Part shown: one piece after another, positions 63,303-64,000 of the stretch
Numbering within the stretch: position 1 is the stretch's first letter
How the letters are laid out: each line of letters opens with the position of its first letter
DNA from: Pirellulales bacterium
GTDB taxonomy: Bacteria; Planctomycetota; Planctomycetia; Pirellulales; PALSA-1355
DNA: 64,000 bases
Assembly: GCA_963733035.1 (NCBI GenBank)
Contig: CAVTBU010000005.1
Coordinates: forward strand, 1,952,001-2,016,000
Reading direction: 5' to 3'
Made by a program: the position numbers and the translations under genes
The notes under the pieces: generated by a model
What the model saw: only the letters and a program-made list of their open reading frames with translations
Databases searched by the model: none
Told to the model about the DNA's origin: nothing

Positions 63303-64000
63303 GCGTTTTGCTCAAGCTTGGCGGCAGCCGCCTGATCCACAAGCCACGAAATTCGCCCGGTCTCAGGATGCACTCCGGCCGCCGGACGCCTGTCCGGATC
63401 GGCCTTACCCGATAGGATGTCCGCCAGGGCATCCGCCTTGTTGGTTCCCGACACAAGAAACATCACCTGACGAGCGGCGTTGAGCACCGGATAAGTCAAC
63501 GTGATTCGATCCACGGGCGGAGGCAAGACGCCCGGGGGACTCCAGGTGACAATTCGATTATCGACTCTCAGTGCCTGCGCACCTGGAAACAGCGAGGCTG
63601 TGTGACCATCGTCTCCCAGCCCGAGCAGGACTAAATCGAAGATCGGTATCGTTCCGGCAGGCTGTCCAAAGAACTTTGCCACGCGCTCGTCGTACTCATC
63701 GGCACAGGCAGCGGCGGACGGCAAGTCCGTGCGAACGGCCAATACTTGTTCGCTCACGATCGGTGCCACCGAGAGCAACGAATCGTAGGCCATGCGGTAG
63801 TTGCTCCGCTCGTCGTCGTGTGGCACATGCCGCTCGTCGCCAAAAAACAGGTAAGCCCGCGACCAGTCGACGTTATTCTCGCCTTCGCCGTCCGCCAGAA
63901 TCTCGTAGGTTTTCCGGGGCGTCGAGCCTCCCGCCAAGACTAACGTAAAGCGTCCCCGATGCCGAATGCTTTCGGTGGCCGTGCGGGCAACTGCCCTGGC
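63299..64000 (-). CDS. pgl: 6-phosphogluconolactonase (5' end beyond the window)
   Basis: LAGGSTP, FGDERHVP, SNYRM, LGLGDDGHTASLFP and RITLT; frame stays open to the window edge. Confidence 0.95.
   Translation of the reverse strand, partial: ARAVARTATESIRHRGRFTLVLAGGSTPRKTYEILADGEGENNVDWSRAYLFFGDERHVPHDDERSNYRMAYDSLLSVAPIVSEQVLAVRTDLPSAAACADEYDERVAKFFGQPAGTIPIFDLVLLGLGDDGHTASLFPGAQALRVDNRIVTWSPPGVLPPPVDRITLTYPVLNAARQVMFLVSGTNKADALADILSGKADPDRRPAAGVHPETGRISWLVDQAAAAKLEQNA

Noticed and set aside
1..64000. CRISPR arrays, tRNA/rRNA genes, integrases, transposases, reverse transcriptase or DGR repeats
   Set aside because: No regularly spaced repeats, RNA gene signatures or such enzyme motifs were seen by eye; a weak signal could have been missed.

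Overview
A 64-kb piece of a GC-rich bacterial chromosome, very probably a planctomycete (Pirellulales-like). This rests on a LEPR-XLL/planctomycete extracellular motif, fhcAB C1 genes, an Lgt with a PDZ insertion and a planctomycete-style pilin cluster. Many genes are broken by 1-2 nt frameshifts, often at short CG/GC runs, which most likely reflects uncorrected long-read error. Housekeeping and metabolic genes include tex, panC, folK, lgt, ald, gluQ, fhcAB, ade, pgl, an ECF sigma/anti-sigma pair and an ACAD10/11-(Lva)-like acyl-CoA cluster. The main accessory system is a ~17.5-kb type IV filament locus (37.5-54.9 kb): two PilB ATPases, PilT, a PilC with a hydrophobic insert, a hairpin-rich MITE-like element, and five unusually large pilin-like genes ending in a ~1,790-aa PilX/GspK-type protein. 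The pilin cassette has signs of being a hypervariable, exchanged module. Other notable items are a candidate structured ncRNA upstream of folK, a GNAT-deacetylase fusion, an FhcB that keeps its Fe-S motif but lacks the metal-ligand Cys, and several unusual domain architectures. All family calls come from motif recognition by eye; no database searches were run.
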